Shown: piece after piece, positions 59,349 through 64,000 of the stretch
Layout of the letters: every line of letters begins with the position of its first letter
Position numbering within the stretch: position 1 is the stretch's first letter
NCBI RefSeq assembly: GCF_009914755.1
Contig: NC_060928.1
Origin: the human T2T-CHM13v2.0 reference genome, Homo sapiens
Strand: one strand, 5' to 3'
Length of the DNA: 64,000 bases
Position numbers and translations under genes: made by a program
The notes under the pieces: generated by a model
What the model was told of the DNA's origin: nothing
Database searches by the model: none
The model's input: only the letters and a program-made list of their open reading frames with translations

Positions 59349-59815
59349 TGTCTTAGTTGCATTGCTGAAAGAGTCTGAGAGAAGGGCCACAGTTCTTATT
59401 TGAGACGTGACTCCAACAAGTAGGAGAGAAGAAGCAGGGAAGGATGAGAATGTGATCAGTGTCATCCTAGTAGGCACCAGGGATTGAATTTTGCAGGGCC
59501 GTCAGAGAAGCATGTAGAATACTCCTTAGAATTGCCTGCAGGCCGTGGCATTTGTCCAGTGGCAGCTTTTCCGTGTCGGTTGAGGGTGGTCTCCAGTGCT
59601 GCTGATTATCCCTCACTTCTATAATGCATTTGTGTCGGCCCAGTCAGAATCTCAGACTGAAGATGACTCTACAACAGAAATCTGAAAGTGGTTGGAAAGG
59701 CGATGGCAGTGGAACACTAATTTTGAGGGCCAGTAGACAAGTAATTCTCCACTTTGGCTGTGGATAAAATTGGAGGGGCCCAAGGGAATGAGGAGGGGCA
59801 GCAATAGCATCTTCT
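59349..59815 (-). mobile_element. LTR16-like ERVL LTR (3' LTR of the adjacent internal region)
   Basis: TGTCTTAGTTG...CTGAGAGAAGG...TTATTTGAGACGTGACTCC...TGTAGAATACTCCTTAGAATTG...GGTTGAGGGTGG. Confidence 0.65.
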
Positions 59816-62355
59816 GTTCTGCCTTTGTTTTGCCTGCCCTTGGTATTGCTCAGATCTCTCACTAAGTCTACTCCATTACCAAGCCTGTAAGATGGTGGCC
59901 AGCCACAATTTATTAGACTTCTTATGGGAAGTGTGTGCAACAAGCTTGAGTCCTCATTGCTGCAGTTGGTTCAGGGGCAATAAACAGTATATCTCTTTTC
60001 TGATCACCCATGCTGGATTTCCCTCCCTCTTGCCCAACAGTTCAGTTTGCTAGTGAATGCAAGGCTGAAATGGAAGAATGCAATCCTGAATTTTATCTCT
60101 GGGGGATTTGACCTCCTGTCAGGTCATGAATGCTGTAATTTGCCTTTCACTGCTGTCAGTAAGCATAGAAACACCAACAGACGCCCCGGGGACTTCTCCA
60201 GGTTCCAGGCTGCTTATCCCCAGCAGGTAGTCACACGACCCTAGAAACTCATGACATTCAGGTCCGCTACGATCACCAGCGTAATCTGTGCCTATAACAG
60301 GTTCGGTAGTAAGAAGCCACAGTTGGCATCTAAGACTTGCTCAGAAGGAGCCTGTGCTGTTTTGCCCATGCGTCGTCTCTGTCTCCATCGCCAGGACAGA
60401 TTCCTTTGTGGGTCCACAGCACCAGAACCGGGATGGCCGAGGAAAGGGGCTGGCTGAAAGCCTCAACAAATCATCTCGTCCACCACACATTTGACAGCCT
60501 CATCTGTGCAGAATCCTTTCTGACGGACACTGACACAAGACACAGAGATTCTCATACTTTGTAGTTTATCTCAAACGCCCATCCACATATTTGTTCCACA
60601 AACCTCCTGGTTTACCATCGTAATCTTGCTATTTTGAAGACCACGTCCAAACAGCGAAGACATTTGCCTCTGCCTAGGAGTTCACATACACCTTTATGTT
60701 AGGCTAATTCTGCCTCTATACAAAGTCATCTGAGGGTAAAAAAATGTGGCATTAAACTTTGTTGAGTAGGATTTTCTAATCATCACCTTTAATGCCACCT
60801 GTGAGTCTGTAGTAGTTTACTAGTGTAAAACATTAAGCTGTACTGTCTCCCATCTATGAGCCAGATAGGAGGTCCTCCTGCCCCGTATGCTAGTCACAGG
60901 GGACCTCTTTAATGACACAGGTTGTGCTAAGAAAGGAGCCTTGGTTCAAGAGTTCAGAGGCATAGAAGTTCTCTGTATCCTCTTTACTGACTTTAAGACT
61001 TTGTAAGACATTTGATTCATCTTAAGCCTGATCACCAATGTGTACTGTGACCATTGCATGAAGGATTTGTGCTGTACCCAACTGATGATCTTATGACTTG
61101 AAGATCTGATGATACTCACCTCATCATGGGAAGCTCTGATCTTAGTCACTGATGTCCCATGATCAGATGCTAACTCATCATGAAGACCCCGTGGCATGAA
61201 AGGAGCCATTTACCAAAGGCATCTTTCTCTGCCACAAAGAGCATGGCCTTGCTCTAAAATCCTAGCAGTTTGTACTGTGACTCTCCTATAAGGCCCTGCC
61301 AGAGACTTTTCAGTGCATCTTTATTTACTGTGGCTACCTATGGCAGCATTGACTTTTCCAGGTCACATAGCTCAAATGGCAGGGGTTTTGCAGCATAGTC
61401 TAGACCTGATAGAGTCCTCTCTTGTTCTGGGACCCACTTGAAACTGACAGCCTTATGAACCAACCCATAATTGAGTCATAGTATTTTCAAGGGTGGCATA
61501 GGCTGCCGCTAAAATCCTTGAGGGGCCTGTCAAAGCACTGGAGCTCTTGCTTTTTAATAGGGAGCTCAAGGTATACTAACTTGTCCTTTACATTGGAGGT
61601 GCTGTCTTAAACTGCCCCAGGTCATTGGACCTCTGAAAACTTCACCAATATAAAAGGCCTTGCCGCTATTCCTTGGTCCAGTTTCCATACACTGTGCCAG
61701 CATGAAGCTCTATAGAATAAGATGTCAAGTCTGTAGAATAAGATGGCCGAGGAAAGGGGCTGGTTGAAAGAGAGGCAAGACTGTGAATGTGTACTGCTGC
61801 CCTTTCCACATAAAAGCAAACTGCTTTTGGACGAGGCTTGAACAGACTGTATTCATTATATCAATAGCTATATACTGAGTTCCAGAAGTTGCGTTGATCT
61901 ATTTTAATAAAATATTACTTCCAGCACATGGCTGTAATAAGGGATTCTACTTGAAGTTTCTTTTACTTTCCTGTCATCTGCCATAATTTCATTTATAAAG
62001 GGACCATAAATGTTAATTCAATAGTAATATATTAGTAATTAAAATGCTATCATATTTTAAGTCTGAGGATGGGATTAAACTTTATAAAGCCACCTGATAC
62101 AGTATTGCTTATGATTTATTAGGCTGGAGGGTGGAAGTTTTGGGGGCTTCTATTTGGTCCTTCCTGCTATAGTGATTCTTTTAGGGTCAACATATCAAGT
62201 GAGGTTTTGATAACTGCCAAGTGTATTCATTCCAGTTATACATTAGGGGACGTTTGATTCACTCAGACCCATTGGACCTACTTGCTTAACTGTAGTAAGA
62301 TAGAATACTTGGGCTACTATGTATGTCATTTATCTACTCGATTCCATCAAACCTC

Positions 62356-62654
<299 letters not shown>

Positions 62655-62726
62655 CATCAAACCCCATTCTAACCAGGGTGCTACTATGGATTTTGGGAGG
62701 CGTGGGGAAGGAAAGAGGTCCTATAA

Positions 62727-63413
62727 TGTATTGGCTTTCTATTTCTGTGACACAGATTTTCACAAACTTAGTGACATAAAACATTATAAGCATTATCTTA
62801 CTATTCTGTAGGTCAGAAGCCTGCACATGGCATGATTAGGTTTTCTGTTGAGGGTTTCACAAGGCTGAGGTCAAGGCATCAGTTGGATTGTGTTCCCATC
62901 TAAGGCTGGAGGCAACTATTGGTCCTATCAGTTTGCTCTTTCTTCCAAGCTCACTTGTAATTAGCAGAATCCATTTTCTAGCAGCTGTATCACTGAGATC
63001 TGTTTTCTTTTATTGCTGTTAGAAGGAGACCATGCTCCATTCCTAGGAGACAATCTCAAGTCCTAGCTGCATGACTCCCTTTAAGGACTCTTTCACAATA
63101 TGCACCTATTTCTTCCAAGCCAGCAGTAGAATTTCTATCATGCTTCCAATTTCCTTTTTTAAGAAAGGTCCAGACCTTTTTTAGGGCCTACCTGATTAGG
63201 CTAGGCCTACTCTGGATAATTATCCTTAAGATTGATTTAGGAATCTTGGTCATAGCTACACAATTTCTTTAACTTGTCACATGAGATAACCCAACTGTGC
63301 AAGCAAAATCCATACGCCCAGTCCCAACCACTCTCATGAGGAAGGATTACAGATTATGTCTACGATGGGGCAACAATCTTGAAAGCCTTCCTATAATTTT
63401 TTCGCCTACCACA
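62727..63413 (-). mobile_element. MLT1E-like MaLR LTR
   Basis: TGTATTGGCTTTCTATT...CACAAACTTAGTG...TTCTGTAGGTCAGAAG...CACAAGGCTGAGGTCAAGG...GCCTACCACA. Confidence 0.85.
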
Positions 63414-63779
63414 CCCAATATTGTTACCAGCTCAGACACTGTATTATGCAGCCTTATGAAAAGTTTGTGTATTTCCCTTATAAGAGACTACAATAACTCA
63501 GATAAATGGCTGCAGGTCCCATTGGAGAAAGACTCACTACTCACATTACAAAGACCAGTTTATTGGTGCTATCGTCTACTGAGCAATATAGGAAAGTCAT
63601 AAATATTTTGGTGATACCGCTCTTTTTGCCAGTGCTGTATTGTGCAACTAACGGAATGGAAATGATTTTGAGGATGATTAAAACTAACAGCATAGCAAGA
63701 AACTTGTCATTGGTGTTTCTAATTTCTATATGCAATTATAGAATGGTAGATGACACTTCTTGCTGTGGTCTGAAAACAA

Positions 63780-63890
63780 GAAGTCAAGGTACATACATGC
63801 AAATACTCCTGTACATGTTATACCTTTAGCTGTGTAACAATGAGCAAGTTATATTTCCTCCTAAGTACAATTTATCTTCAAAATGAAGTG
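63780..63890 (+). mobile_element. MIR fragment
   Basis: TAGCTGTGTAACAATGAGCAAGTTAT...CAAAATGAAG. Confidence 0.5.
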
Positions 63891-64000
63891 TCTTTCGGAT
63901 GTTAATCTTCAATGATTCCAACACACGTGGTGTTTTCTCTTAACTTCTTGGCACCCGATATGTTCCTACTCCGTAACTCCCCATTTATTTGAAGATAGAC

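Noticed and set aside
60047-60564. Cluster of overlapping short + strand ORFs
   Set aside because: Antisense to a decayed ERVL pol; no coding signature.
61075-61190. Apparent internal repetition (CTCATCATG twice, many TGAT)
   Set aside because: Colinear with ERVL pol; the repeats are too short to be significant.

Overview
AT-rich, CpG-depleted primate (human-like) genomic DNA from an intergenic or deep-intronic region. I find no credible protein-coding exon, RNA gene, CpG island or CRISPR array. The ORF track is explained by L1 ORF2 remnants, Alu read-through, ERV pol remnants and chance. Much of the window is interspersed repeat: an L1PA7-like 3' end, about 20 Alus (many with readable target-site duplications, TSDs), old L1M/L2/MIR copies, DNA transposons (MER44, MER2, Tigger3a, MER33, MER1B, MER5), solo LTRs (LTR18B, THE1A/C/D, MER51, MLT1) and two decayed ERVL-class internal regions on the minus strand (~6.9-14.5 kb and ~59.8-63.6 kb). 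I found no convincing new biological system. The most notable unexplained signal is a set of five short, direct, non-tandem local duplications (15-340 bp, 0.9-2.0 kb apart); three of them interrupt a recognisable repeat consensus and look like templated-insertion repair scars. Also notable are a twin-primed L1MA inversion, an LTR18 with an intact AP-1 site, and a unique-sequence cluster of palindromic TGACA/CAGATG motifs near 59.1 kb. Repeat subfamily names come from recalled consensus sequences, not from a database search, and boundaries of old elements are approximate.
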